NCBI GenBank assembly: GCA_965235115.1
Contig: OZ249436.1
Location: forward strand, 55,676,001-55,740,000
DNA length: 64,000 nt
DNA from: Laetmonice hystrix
Taxonomy: Eukaryota
Direction of reading: 5' to 3'
Part shown: positions 51,126 through 61,849 of the stretch, piece by piece
How positions within the stretch are numbered: the stretch's first letter is position 1
How the letters are laid out: every line of letters starts with the position of its first letter
Program-made: the position numbers and the translations under genes
Notes under the pieces: generated by a model
The model's input: only the letters and a program-made list of their open reading frames with translations
Told to the model about the DNA's origin: nothing
Databases searched by the model: none

Positions 51126-52228
51126 ACATTATTTCATAGGCGGCATTATTCCATAGCTATAGCTATGAAATATTGCAGTCCGGGGAATATTGCAGTCATG
51201 AAATAGGCTAGTACTGCATTATTCCACGGACTGCAATATTTCATAGCCTATAGCTATGGAATAATGCCGCCTATGAAATATTGCAGTCATGAAATAGCCT
51301 AGTAGCCTACTACAATATTCCACGGACTGCAATATTTTATAGACTATAGCTATGGAATAATGCCGCCTATGAAATAATGTAGTGATGCAATACTGCAATA
51401 TTTTATAGGCAGCAATATTTCATGGCTACAGGCTATGAAATAATGCAGGCTATCAAATATTGCAGTATTGCGTCACTGCAATATTTTGTTGTGAAAGTGC
51501 CTTGGGCCGGACCTAGCGCCACCTAGAGGGATGAGGCTCACCTAGTCAGTATATCCCCATATCGCGCCCTCTGGCGGATCGTGTAAATCGGCCGCCTCAG
51601 TTTGGCCCCAGAAGGGTAGAATCTATATAAGCCTGGGTTTCCCGCGATAACTAGAGAGTTGTTGCAAGTTTGTCGTCCTGTGAGGAGCCCCACGCGGTTA
51701 CCTTACAGGCCGATATTGCAACCCTCGGCCTATGCCGCCACAGCCCAGTGACCATTGGTCCACTGTGCTGGCCTAGTAGGCCCTCGCTAACCCAGAGCGT
51801 TTGACCGCCTCCATCTACTCGGTCGCCCGGGCCACTGTCGCATGACGACCGGTATTTGGTAGGCTTTATACCTGACGACCGCGCCTAGTCCTATCGGACT
51901 CCGTTTAGTGACTAGGGAAACACTGACCACGGACTTCGACATTGATTACGGACTAACTGATTGACCTACGACTGACCCTGATATTGACCCCGGCAACAAC
52001 CACGGACCATCCCTGTGATACGAAATATACCCACTCCAGTGGCAGGCCCGACACAGTCGACACGCAGGCCGCTACGGTAAGTGTATTTCTATCGTGCCAG
52101 CGGAAAGCCCACGGCTATCCGACCCGTGCTGTAGTGACACGGCCCAATTTCACTACAATTTCATAGGCAGAAATATTTCATAGCTACAGGCTATGAAATA
52201 AAGCAGTGACGCAACAATATTTCATAGT
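51126..52228. repeat. Foldback/MITE-like array of ctatgaaatattgcag-type units in both orientations, interrupted by a solo LTR
   Basis: 51126-51179 (ctacattatttcataggcggcattattccatagctatag..gaaatattgcagtcc) is the reverse complement of about 51325-51381. Related units continue to 51486 and resume at 52158. Confidence 0.8.
51487..52157. mobile_element. Solo LTR, 671 bp, probably Ty3/Gypsy-type
   Basis: Termini TGTTGTGAAA..TTTCACTACA (TG..CA, 9/10 inverted match). 4-bp TSD ATTT at 51483-51486 and 52158-52161. The interior is GC-rich, with tatataa at 51624. Removing it restores the host unit aatatttcataggcag. Confidence 0.85.
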
Positions 52229-53409
52229 ACACCGACAGAGGCGGATTAAGGGTACCTTGACCCCGGGCGGTACTTTGCATGAAGCAACATCTGAGTATTA
52301 TGTAAGTCCTGTGTATTTATGATTGTAATATTTTGAACAGTTTAAGTAAGAAAGATGAAGTGTTCTTGGTGCCCCAGGGTGCTGATGGTGCCCCGACCCC
52401 AGGAACCTGAAGCAGGGCACGATGAGCATTTTATTATCTTTATAATAAAATAAAAGAATTATTAGCTATATCATGTTTACCTAAAGTTTATATGATTTTT
52501 AATATATAGGCCTATATTCACCTTTTACAGTCCATAGAACGTATTGGCTACTATATACTTTCATTTTCATGAGTCAACTATCATGATCAGACAGCTGAGA
52601 CAAAAGGATAGAGAAGAATGTTTGATTGATTATGGAAGACTTTTTACAAGCTTCAAGTTAATGCTGGTAGCAGTAAAGCCTACTAAGATTGGTGAAACTG
52701 TTTTAGTTTGACTTATAATCGTCTGAGAGAAAAGTGTCCGACCGGTTCAGTCAAGAAAGTGTTCATGGTGGCCCGTCCATGGTGCCCCAGATGACCTTTC
52801 CCGCCATTTTTATCTGCAGCACATGCCTTGCTCATTCGATTCCCAATTACCACACATAATTACAAAGCGATAATATTACTCTTTCATAGTCTTTAACTAC
52901 ACCCACCATGACCAAGTATTCTAGACACAAGAAAGAACGTACCTACGGTGAAGAAACTTACTTTTGGGGTCTGAAACCAACTTCCAAAGACAATATAAGG
53001 CGTTGCTCTGCACTCTGCCACGTCTCGTTCAGATAGGATCACCCCATGGTTATCCATGTAAGGAAAGACACTCAAAAATCAACTTCTCATGATACCACAG
53101 TGCTCATGGTGTCCCCAGCACCCACTCTCCCATACGCAGCGAAGGAATTGTCTGTGAAGACAAGCAATTTAACTGTGCAGCGATAGAATCTTCTGTGATG
53201 TACAGTTTATAATACTTCTGGGCCACCGTAGACCATAGCTGCTATTAGGTGACCAAACTTACTTGGCAGTAATCATTTTGTTGGCAGACGTGGAACTACT
53301 GGCAAGTAGCCTACCCTGACCCCGTTCCAGGCGAAGCTTCAACCGAGTCTATAATATTATAGCGCGAACCAGCCGGAAAAGACCATCTCTTTGAGATATA
53401 GGAAGAGGC

Positions 53410-54025
53410 CCTGTTCCGGCTAGATATGTCCGAACGGCAAGTTATGTCCGAGAGGATATATGTCCGAAAATATCAGCTAGATATGTCCGGTAATCCGGAT
53501 CTGTCCGCAAATATCAAATAGAGGGTAGAGTTCACTAGTCCAAAAGTTCACTAGTCCGAGGGTTCACTAGTCCGAAGTGGGCAATAGGCAACCCTAACCC
53601 AAAAACCAAATATAACTAACCCTAAACCTAACCTTAACTCTAACCCATATAGGGATTGGTCTGTGGCACCACTGGGCTGTCGGACTAACGCCCCCTGAGG
53701 TTAACCCCCTATTTGCCCCATGTCCCCCTATGCCTACTGTCAACTTCGGATAGTGAACCCTCGGACTAGTGGCCCCCCTGACTAGTAGGTAGTTCCCCAG
53801 CTGGATGTGTCCGGTAATCTGGATATGTCCGCAAATGTCAGCTAGATATGTCCGGTAATCTGGATATGTCCGCAAATGTCAGCTAGATGTGTCCGGTACC
53901 GGACACATCTAGCTGATATTTGCGGATGGGTGATATCCATTTCTTCGGACATATCTAGCTGATGTTTGCGGACATATCTCCTATCGGACATAACTAGCCG
54001 TTCGGACGTATCTAGCCGGAACAGG
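53410..54025. mobile_element. MITE with long imperfect TIRs and a nested smaller inverted-repeat element
   Basis: cctgttccggctagatatgtccgaacggc..gttatgtccga at 53410 and tcggacataac..gccgttcggacgtatctagccggaacagg ending at 54025. Internal agctagatatgtccgg subrepeats. Nested cactagtcc..ggactagtg segment with ctaaccct repeats at about 53533-53772. Confidence 0.85.
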
Positions 54026-54162
54026 CCCACATGGCCTTGAGGTGCGACTTCAAGGCGTGTCATGTGTGTGCCATACTACACATAATTACAAAGCGATCCA
54101 CCGAGTTGGAGGTATGACACACATGTTATTTCAAACTGGAGGTATGGTCTAGTTTGAAATAA

Positions 54163-54597
54163 TACTGTTGGGGACATGAAGAGAAAAAAACTTGTGGTGA
54201 TCTCGAAAATACCACTTAGTGATGTCATTAACTCGTTATTTCGACTCAATGCCGTCACTAAGTCGTTATTACGAGGTAATCACGTTCGTTTCAGAGAAAA
54301 AGTGTGGTGATCTCGAAATTACCACTTAGTGACGTCATTAACTCGTTATTACGACTTAATGACGTCACTAAATGGTGGTAATTAGTGACGTCATTAACTC
54401 GTTATTACGACTTAATGACGTCACTAAGTGGTAATTTCGAGATCACCACACTTTTTCTCTGAAACGAACGTGATTACCTCGTAATAACGACTTAGTGACG
54501 GCATTGAGTCGTAATAACGAGTTAATGACGTCACTAAGTGGTAATTTCGAGATCACCACAAATTTTTTTCTCTTTATGTCCCCAACGGGATTCCGTA
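54163..54597. mobile_element. 435-bp near-perfect palindrome (foldback element) with candidate 7-bp TSD GAAATAA
   Basis: Arms 54167-54371 and 54382-54586 are reverse complements, with about 5 mismatches over the outer 160 bp and a 10-nt spacer. Ends are TAC..GTA, flanked by gaaataa at 54156-54162 and 54598-54604. Confidence 0.85.
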
Positions 54598-54924
54598 GAA
54601 ATAACATCTTAACAATCTTTTTTTGTCAGTTTTGATTTTTATTCAGTATTTTTCATGGTAAGACTCATTTAGTATTTTGTAGGGTAGCCACGTAACCGAA
54701 CTATGGTCGTGTGACCGTAAAATGTGACCGCAGCTTTAAGACGATACCGTGCGACGCCCTTGCGATTTCTACTTTCAGTTAAAGGTTTAACAAACGTGAT
54801 TACTGACCCACATTATGTCTAGGCATATCTCCAGCGTTCCGGTGCGGGCCGACTGTACAACACGAAGTAGGCCAACAGAGGAAGTAACTACAAGACGTTA
54901 GGAATAATATTAAGTTGTCACAAC

Positions 54925-54991
54925 ATGGGACAGTTCGTATCAAGACCTGCTCCACGGGTAGATATACTGCCGGATTATGATTACGTTATTG
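54925..54991 (+). CDS. GMC oxidoreductase (glucose/choline dehydrogenase-like) exon 1; full CDS join(54925..54991,56429..56640,58098..58281,58581..58712,59785..59906,60023..60190,60552..60705,61698..61849,62314..62491,62646..62859,63141..63294), 578 aa
   Basis: MGQFVSRPAPRVDILPDYDYVI + G|GTGAGT donor (phase 1) joins exon 2 to give DYVIVGGGAAG. The 11 exons sum to 1737 nt and all intron phases are compatible. Confidence 0.85.
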
Positions 54992-56428
54992 GTGAGTAGG
55001 CCTACCAGTCTATCATATCAAAGGTCGAACAGAAGTGGTGAACCCTTTCACCCACCCACCCCATTCCCCGCGCGGTGACAGTTAGCCTTTGGCCTATGTT
55101 CGATGCGTCTGCATAGTCTGCATTAGCCTAGTTGTGGGAATCGTCAGTGGATCAAAAACCGTCGCTAAAGGGCCCTTTAAACACATAAGCGATGGTCATG
55201 TGATTTTTGATTTAATGGTGGAATTTTAAGCTAAAGTCTTTCCTGGCTGGCCTTCCCTGTTTCAGAAAATGGATTCCATCCTTTAATCTCAAAATCACAT
55301 TAAAATAAAAGGGTGGTGCCAAAATCGCATGGACGTCGCTTGGAGAATCGCTTATGTGTAAAGCATAAGCGATCCCCCCCGTTCCGGCGCCTATGATTAA
55401 ATAAGTTTAAATGAACTCTAGTCCCCCACCCCCCGCCCACACACACACCTTGAAGTTAAATTATCGTATCAGGATTACATCAGTGGACCTGAAGAGATCG
55501 CATATTATGGGTCTGCAGTTCGCTTGTAGATCACCTGACATGTAGATCTTGGGGAGAACTCTAACCGCTCCACATGAAGTTCATACGATAAATGTATCGG
55601 TCCATCGCTTCAGTGGATCGCGGCCTTCCAGCAAAACAGTGCTCACAACCATTAATCGGTTGTAACACTGGTAAAATGGTAGTAAGGTATACAGGTTGTA
55701 AAGGATAAATATAATAACGGTGATGTTCTTTATATTGAGCCAGTAGGTCTTGAAGTACTGTTATATTTGTATCCGACATATAAAATATGCACTTAGGCCT
55801 AAATGTTTAGTGTTTCTCTTTACACACTCCTATTTCTTTTATGGTAATTAGCACTAGGTGCCATTCGCTCCTTATAACGCGTGTTCACTCTCGAATCTGG
55901 CAGTATATGGCTGCCACTTGAGTTACAGTTGGGAGTTCTGGCCCATGATTAAAGTGTGTATGGCGCGATATATCCACAGCCATGTTCTCCCATGGCGGCC
56001 AGCTGCTATCATCAACTTAATCTGTGGACAATTCTTTTCTTATTCTTCATCTTGTGAAACTGCGGCTCCAGCGGTTTTACAAGGTGCCCTTCTGACACCA
56101 TTCTGACACCCACATAATAGGCCAGAGAGGCCTACATAATTCTTGTAAACTAAGGTTGAAATTCTCTTTATATAATAAGAGAAAGGGACCACCCACTTCT
56201 AGAAGTGGTATGCTGCTATAATAATGCATCGATGATATTCGATTGATAGCAGCAGACCTGTTTCACATTGCCTCTGATAATTTCTGCACGTTGTTGATGG
56301 TGGCCATTTGCTGCACATGGATGAGAAACCCATGTGCCAATATGAACAATTTTAAGTTTGTGGTTTTTCTCCAAATTGACTTGATTTGAGCTCTTGAATT
56401 GACATTTCCATTCCCGTTTTGTGTATAG

Positions 56429-56640
56429 TCGGTGGGGGTGCTGCTGGATGCGTTCTTGCTGCCCGCCTGTCGGAAGACCCGGATGTGACGGTTGTGGTTC
56501 TCGAGACCGGAAGTGAGGAGACGCTGGAACCTCTGCTCGAGGTGCCCTTCCTGGCCCCGAAACTGTCCGACTCAGGCACCTGGGCCACCTATAAGATAGA
56601 ACCGCAACGAAAGGCATGCTTGTCCATGAGAGATGATGAG
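56429..56640 (+). CDS. GMC oxidoreductase exon 2 (FAD-binding GxGxxG)
   Basis: (V)GGGAAGCVLAARLSEDPDVTVVVLETG..; tag| acceptor, GAG|GTATGC donor. Confidence 0.95.
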
Positions 56641-56680
56641 GTATGCTAGTGGGTTGGTACATGGCTTTTTTTAGCCAATA

Positions 56681-57914
56681 CGATCAGCCCCGGCGTTCGT
56701 TCCTCTCAGCGGGGCTGATGATATACCCATTGGAAAAAAAGCGAGAAAACCCTTCTACAGGCTTTACGATGCATCTTTTGGTGCCAGTCGGGGCAGTAGG
56801 GCACTAACCGTTCAAGTGGTGCACGACAATAATAACTGAAGGATTACAAAAATTGTCCTGCAAGCGACGTTGTCGAACATGTTTTCTCCGCCATCTTGAA
56901 ATTGCTTGAAATTGTCGCGGCCGTCACGTGATCTTGATCTGGGGAGCAGCTAGTCCCTGAGACCCCGGCTTCGGCTCAGCTCTATGTTTGTCGACCTCAC
57001 GTCACATAGAGTTGCACTCGGCACACGTTTCGACAAACTGACGTCATGTGTCGGCTGTACGACGAAGGTCGCCATGTTTGGGGGGTGGGGTGGGTGGGTG
57101 GCTATAGGTCGGGATCAGTGGTCCGGATGTAGACAACAGCAAACTGAAAATCCCACGGTGCCGCCGTGCTGAAAATGGAAAACTTCCCACTTAATTAGCC
57201 TGTGTCGGACTTTACAGAGTAAGAATATCTGGTTTGCTCGCAGGTGAAGAAGAGACTGCTTTTCATCTACGGTAAAAAAAATTCGACAAGTATAGGTATG
57301 TTGAGAAATTAGATTAGAACTATGTGCCTGTGCGTAGGGGGAAATTCGACTATTTACTGCTCATTGCTACATCCGCGATGCCGCTTTACACGACTTTGCG
57401 CAGATCCTAGGGAAATAGCCGCGGCATACATCCGAGGCCTGGTTCGCCTCCGGATATGACCTAGAAACAGCCAATCAGAAGCAGCCTCGGTGTTCGAAGT
57501 GATAGAGTTGGGACTATAGTTACGATATGCTCCCTANNNNNNNNNNNNNNNNNNNNNNNNNNNNNNNNNNNNNNNNNNNNNNNNNNNNNNNNNNNNNNNN
57601 NNNNNNNNNNNNNNNNNNNNNNNNNNNNNNNNNNNNNNNNNNNNNNNNNNNNNNNNNNNNNNNNNNNNNNNNNNNNNNNNNNNNNNNNNNNNNNNGCGTC
57701 CAGGAGAGCGGCGAAAACACCGCTTGCAGGACAATTTTTGTAATCCTTCAGTTATTATTGTCGTGCACCACTTGAACGGTTAGTGCCGCACTGCTAAGTA
57801 TAATATCTACCGACTGGCCACAAAAGATGCATCGTAAAACCTGAAGAAGGGTTTTCTCGCTTTTTTCCAATGGGTATATCATCAGCCCCGCTGAAAGGAA
57901 CAAACGCCGGGGCG
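56681..57914. mobile_element. TIR/foldback element in GMC intron 2 (TIRs of about 190 bp, TA flanks), spans an assembly gap
   Basis: 56687 to about 56867 (gccccggcgttcgttcc..aaaattgtcctgcaagcg) is the reverse complement of about 57721-57913. TA at 56679-56680 and 57915-57916. Confidence 0.85.
57537..57695. other. Assembly gap (159 N)
   Basis: Run of N. Confidence 1.
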
Positions 57915-58097
57915 TAAAGAGTACGAATGGGGGTAAAGAGTACCGGTAATTATAATCATATAATTTAATAAGTTAATATTTACATTATTTAAATATCTAC
58001 ATCTATTATTCATCAGGATTCCCGCATAATTCTTCTTTCGTTCTTCCTTCATTTTAGTCCTTTGACGTATATCACACTTTATGATAATCATTTTTAG

Positions 58098-58281
58098 GTG
58101 GGATGGCTTGCAGCTGGGAGAGTTTTGGGAGGTGGAAGTTCTATCAATTTTCTACAGTATCTAAGAGGCAGTTGCCATGACTTCGACGAGTGGGAAGCAT
58201 TAGGATGTGAGGGGTGGTGTTATAACGATATTGTGAAGTACTTTATTAAAGCTGAAACGTACGAAAATCCTCATCAAACAG
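58098..58281 (+). CDS. GMC oxidoreductase exon 3
   Basis: VGWLAAGRVLGGGSSINFLQYLRG..DFDEW..GCEGWCYNDIVKYFIKAE, the GMC N-terminal signature region. Confidence 0.95.
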
Positions 58282-58580
58282 GTTTGTAATCATTTGAGTC
58301 CTGGTTATTATTTCATATCCGGTTCATACAGTCCCTTGAAGCTATAGGCCACCAAGTTAATTTTTTTTTATATATATCTTTAGCTAATTCTTCACAGGGG
58401 AACAAACTTTTAAGTGACTTAGATTTGCCTTCAGATTCACAATCCTTAAGGCATATACGCTCTGCCAATGTAGTCTTTAATTAATTCCTCAAAGAGGAAC
58501 AAACTTCTAGGTGACTAGACTCACAAGTTTTAAGGCCGATATATATTCACTACTAATGTTGTCCATAAAAACGATTCCAG

Positions 58581-58712
58581 ATAACTACGGACAGGACGGC
58601 CCGGTCCAGCTTTCAGACTGTGTGGGATTCCCTAGGATTACCACCGCACTGTTGGATGCCGGGAGGGAGCTAGGTTATCCGATCGTAGACCTGAACGCTT
58701 GTCCAAACATCG
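58581..58712 (+). CDS. GMC oxidoreductase exon 4
   Basis: (D)NYGQDGPVQLSD..ALLDAGRELGYPIVDLN; phase 1 in and out. Confidence 0.88.
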
Positions 58713-59784
58713 GTTCGTTCTGCTCCCAGCCACATCCTCACATTGGGAATCGGAATTCTGAAAAGGCCACAGCACATGGGCCTGGTTGTCCTTGATGATT
58801 AGATCTATAACATTATATCTCATATATCTGGGACAAAGGTATAAAAAGAAATAACTGGAGCTCCGACATGCTCCACTTGCTGACTTCCATTGGCCAGCAA
58901 CAGGTTTTTTTCACAGTAAAACACATATTGATGTCAAACTGGCTTGTGATAGTCTTCAAAATCTACAGTATGTCCCCCAAAAATTATAGTCTAACTTTAG
59001 GTGTGCAATACACTTAGATATTTTAGAGGATTGTCGAATTTTGAATTTTGAAGTTGAAGTTGAACATAACGTTTGATCCCCATAGATAACTCTCAGCAAG
59101 TTTGGTGTTGACAGGGTCACGCATTACTGATCACAACCAGTATCTCTTTTTGACAATGGAACAAAGACTATCATTTTTTCGGAACATACTCTAGTTAGTG
59201 AGAAAGTAAGCGTCCTAATGTGCCCAAACTCGGAACGTACCATATTTTTAAGCACACATAATGTATCTGAGCCTTATGTTACAGTGCTGATGAAGAGATC
59301 CACTCGATCATATTTGGCCCAATTCAGGTGTAAAATCTTACCCTTAAAGAAACCAAATCAGAAATGCATTTTCTGTTGTACTGCATTTTTTTTTATAAAG
59401 GGCTCAGGGAGGTATTGTACAGGCATGTAACATATGTCTATCCATACTTCAATAATTGCACCGACTTAGATAAACTGCATGGCCCGTATGCATAAAAGAG
59501 GTATAACTATACTTTGGTTTAACCAAAACCTGATTTAGTTATTTCTCTGTCCCTAGTGTAAGAAAATTTAGCTAAACCATCTTCCTGCATAAAGACACTT
59601 ATGCCGGGTGTAACTATAAACCGCTGGGTTTCTTGAACTATTTATGCCTACTGCAAGACACACTATACTGTGATCAGAGGTCGTTATCATTTTTTTACTG
59701 GCTTTATATAAGATTAATGTAAATTGACCGTTGGTGCTTCACTTTTTACAGAAAACAAAATAATCTGTAGTTTTGGTCCTGCAG

Positions 59785-59906
59785 GAATCGGTTACAGCCA
59801 GCAGAACGTATCAGGAGGTCGACGGTGCAGCACGGTTAAGGCTTACCTCCGACCTGCCATGAGTCGTCCCAACCTTCACGTCCTCACGTCGGCCCTCGCC
59901 GTCAAG
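59785..59906 (+). CDS. GMC oxidoreductase exon 5
   Basis: (G)IGYSQQNVSGGRRCSTVKAYLRPAMSRPNLHVLTSALAVK. Confidence 0.93.
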
Positions 59907-60022
59907 GTCTGTCATCCACCCTCATATAGTCCAGGAATATGGTCCAAAGTAAAACGGCCAGTTTCTTTTTTACTTGAATCCTATATGACCCCCAGTAGCC
60001 CTTACATGTTATATTTGTTTAG

Positions 60023-60190
60023 ATACAATTCGAGGCACGTCGCGCTGTGGCGGTGAGATATGAGCATGACGGTGCAGAGAAGGAAGTGCGCGCCAGACGG
60101 GAAATCGTCGTATGCGCAGGTGGCATCGAATCACCCAAACTTCTCCTGTTATCTGGAGTCGGGCCGCGAGAACAGCTCGACCAACTTCAT
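60023..60190 (+). CDS. GMC oxidoreductase exon 6
   Basis: IQFEARRAVAVRY..REIVVCAGGIESPKLLLLSGVGPREQL, the second GMC signature; CAT|GTAAGT donor. Confidence 0.95.
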
Positions 60191-60551
60191 GTAAGTCTAC
60201 CAGATGTATACTGTCTACATGGAGTTACAAGAGTTTTCTCGATCTGTATCATCAAAGCAACATAGTACAGTAAATGTCATGGGCAATTGGGGGTTGTTCC
60301 GGTACAAATCTAAATTGCGATGTGTACTGGTACGATCTAATCTAGGTCCTAAACATAAATAAGGAATCTAGAAGTATCACCCTATAGTATACGAACAAAT
60401 TGCACTATATTTTCCCATTTGTCTCTTATATAGGCCACGGTCGGCCAACGATAATACTTGAACGAGTTCCTAATTTTCCCGCCGGTCACCCGGCCGGTCC
60501 AGTGAATATGGTCCTCTTGTAAACAAGGTGACGGTTTTGTTTATCTCCTAG

Positions 60552-60705
60552 GTCCCAGTCGTGGCGGACCTTCCCGTCGGAGAAGGGCTTCAGGTCCACA
60601 TGTTCAGTGATGGAGCTGCAGCCACTCTCACTCACGGGGACGCCGTTACTTGGCCCAACGTCACCAGTTCGTGGTCCTGGCTCAAGTACTCACTCTTCCA
60701 CAAGG
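60552..60705 (+). CDS. GMC oxidoreductase exon 7
   Basis: VPVVADLPVGEGLQVH..WLKYSLFHK(G). Confidence 0.92.
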
Positions 60706-61070
60706 GTAGGTATCACTACTGCCTTTTGTCGTACTCACCCGACCATTATCAGAGGGAGATTCATAATCAAATATAAGTCAAGGATTGACCTTTCAGACAC
60801 TTTAGTAACATTATGTGAGATAGCCACAGGACTCACTGATATACTCTGAGTCTCCCAATATGCCCGCAGTTTTAGCGACCATCGTCTTCGGTCTCCATAA
60901 CGTATTTCTACAGCTAGGACTGCTTCTTATAAAAAACAAATTCTCACGATAAATGAACATAGATCTTAGATTTTTTTATTCCTTTTCCTGGTTTCGCCAG
61001 GATCCTTCCGAAGAAGGAACTAAGTGAACAAACCGTTTATAAGCTTGAGACAATGCCCTCGGCCGCTATA

Positions 61071-61664
61071 TAGAGTGAGCCAAAAAAAAAACTAGACACT
61101 TTTTAAAAGGCCCACTGTTTTATTGTGTACTAATATATACAATATATTTTTGCTTGTACTTATGGAGCAATTCTTCCTGCATCTTTTGGTACCAGTCATG
61201 CTTGATTGGTTTTCATGCATGACTGCACAGGAGACAATTAAGGGACAAGGGTGAAATCTGACCTGCGCCAACTGACCAGAGCTGGGTATGAACAAAAATC
61301 AACCAAGGCTCTTTGCTGAGGAGTGAATTGTGGACGCACCATACTGCTGCAGTGCCAAGAAGGCCTAATGAGGCCTATGAGCAAGTGTGTGTGATTTGAA
61401 TTAACTGATTAAACCAGGGGCATGAAAATTACTTGGCTATCCATTTCATATCCAGCTCTGATCAGTTGGCGCAGGTCAGATTTCATCCTTGTCCCCTAAT
61501 TGTCTCCTGTGCGGTCACGCATGAAAACCAATCAAGCATGACTGGTACCAAAAGATGCAGGAAGGGTTGCTGCATAAATACAAGCAAAAATATATTGTAT
61601 ATATTGGTACACAATAAAACAATGGGCCTTTTAAAAAGTGTCTAGTTTTTTTTGACTCACCCTG
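61071..61664. mobile_element. Tc1/mariner-type MITE in GMC intron 7, 594 bp, TIRs of about 220 bp, TA TSD
   Basis: 61071-61292 is the reverse complement of 61445-61664 (terminus C/TAG(G/A)GTGAG(T/C)CAAAAA). TA at 61069-61070 and 61665-61666. Confidence 0.93.
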
Positions 61665-61697
61665 TAGAGGCACTTGATGATCGAGGCTGCCTTTCAG

Positions 61698-61849
61698 GTT
61701 CCCTATCCCAGTCTGACATACCTGGGGCCGGCTACTTTCGGTCAGACCACCAGTCGGATAACGACCCTAAACCCCAGTTCTTGTTGACGGCCCGTACAGG
61801 AATGCTTGGAGATCCAAAGTGCGCCGGGATGGCTAACCTTAAGCCTGAG
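61698..61849 (+). CDS. GMC oxidoreductase exon 8
   Basis: (G)SLSQSDIPGAGYFRSDH..PKPQFLL..NLKPE; ctttcag| acceptor, GAG|GTGGGG donor. Phases fit the neighbouring exons. Confidence 0.85.

Noticed and set aside
53590-53647. Telomere-like (CCCTAA) tract
   Set aside because: It is degenerate, only a few units long, and internal to a nested MITE. Such tracts are common in these elements (similar at about 44765-44845).
61092-61645. Two near-identical ORFs on opposite strands (61092-61295 minus, 61433-61645 plus)
   Set aside because: They are the two TIRs of the intron 7 MITE, not genes.
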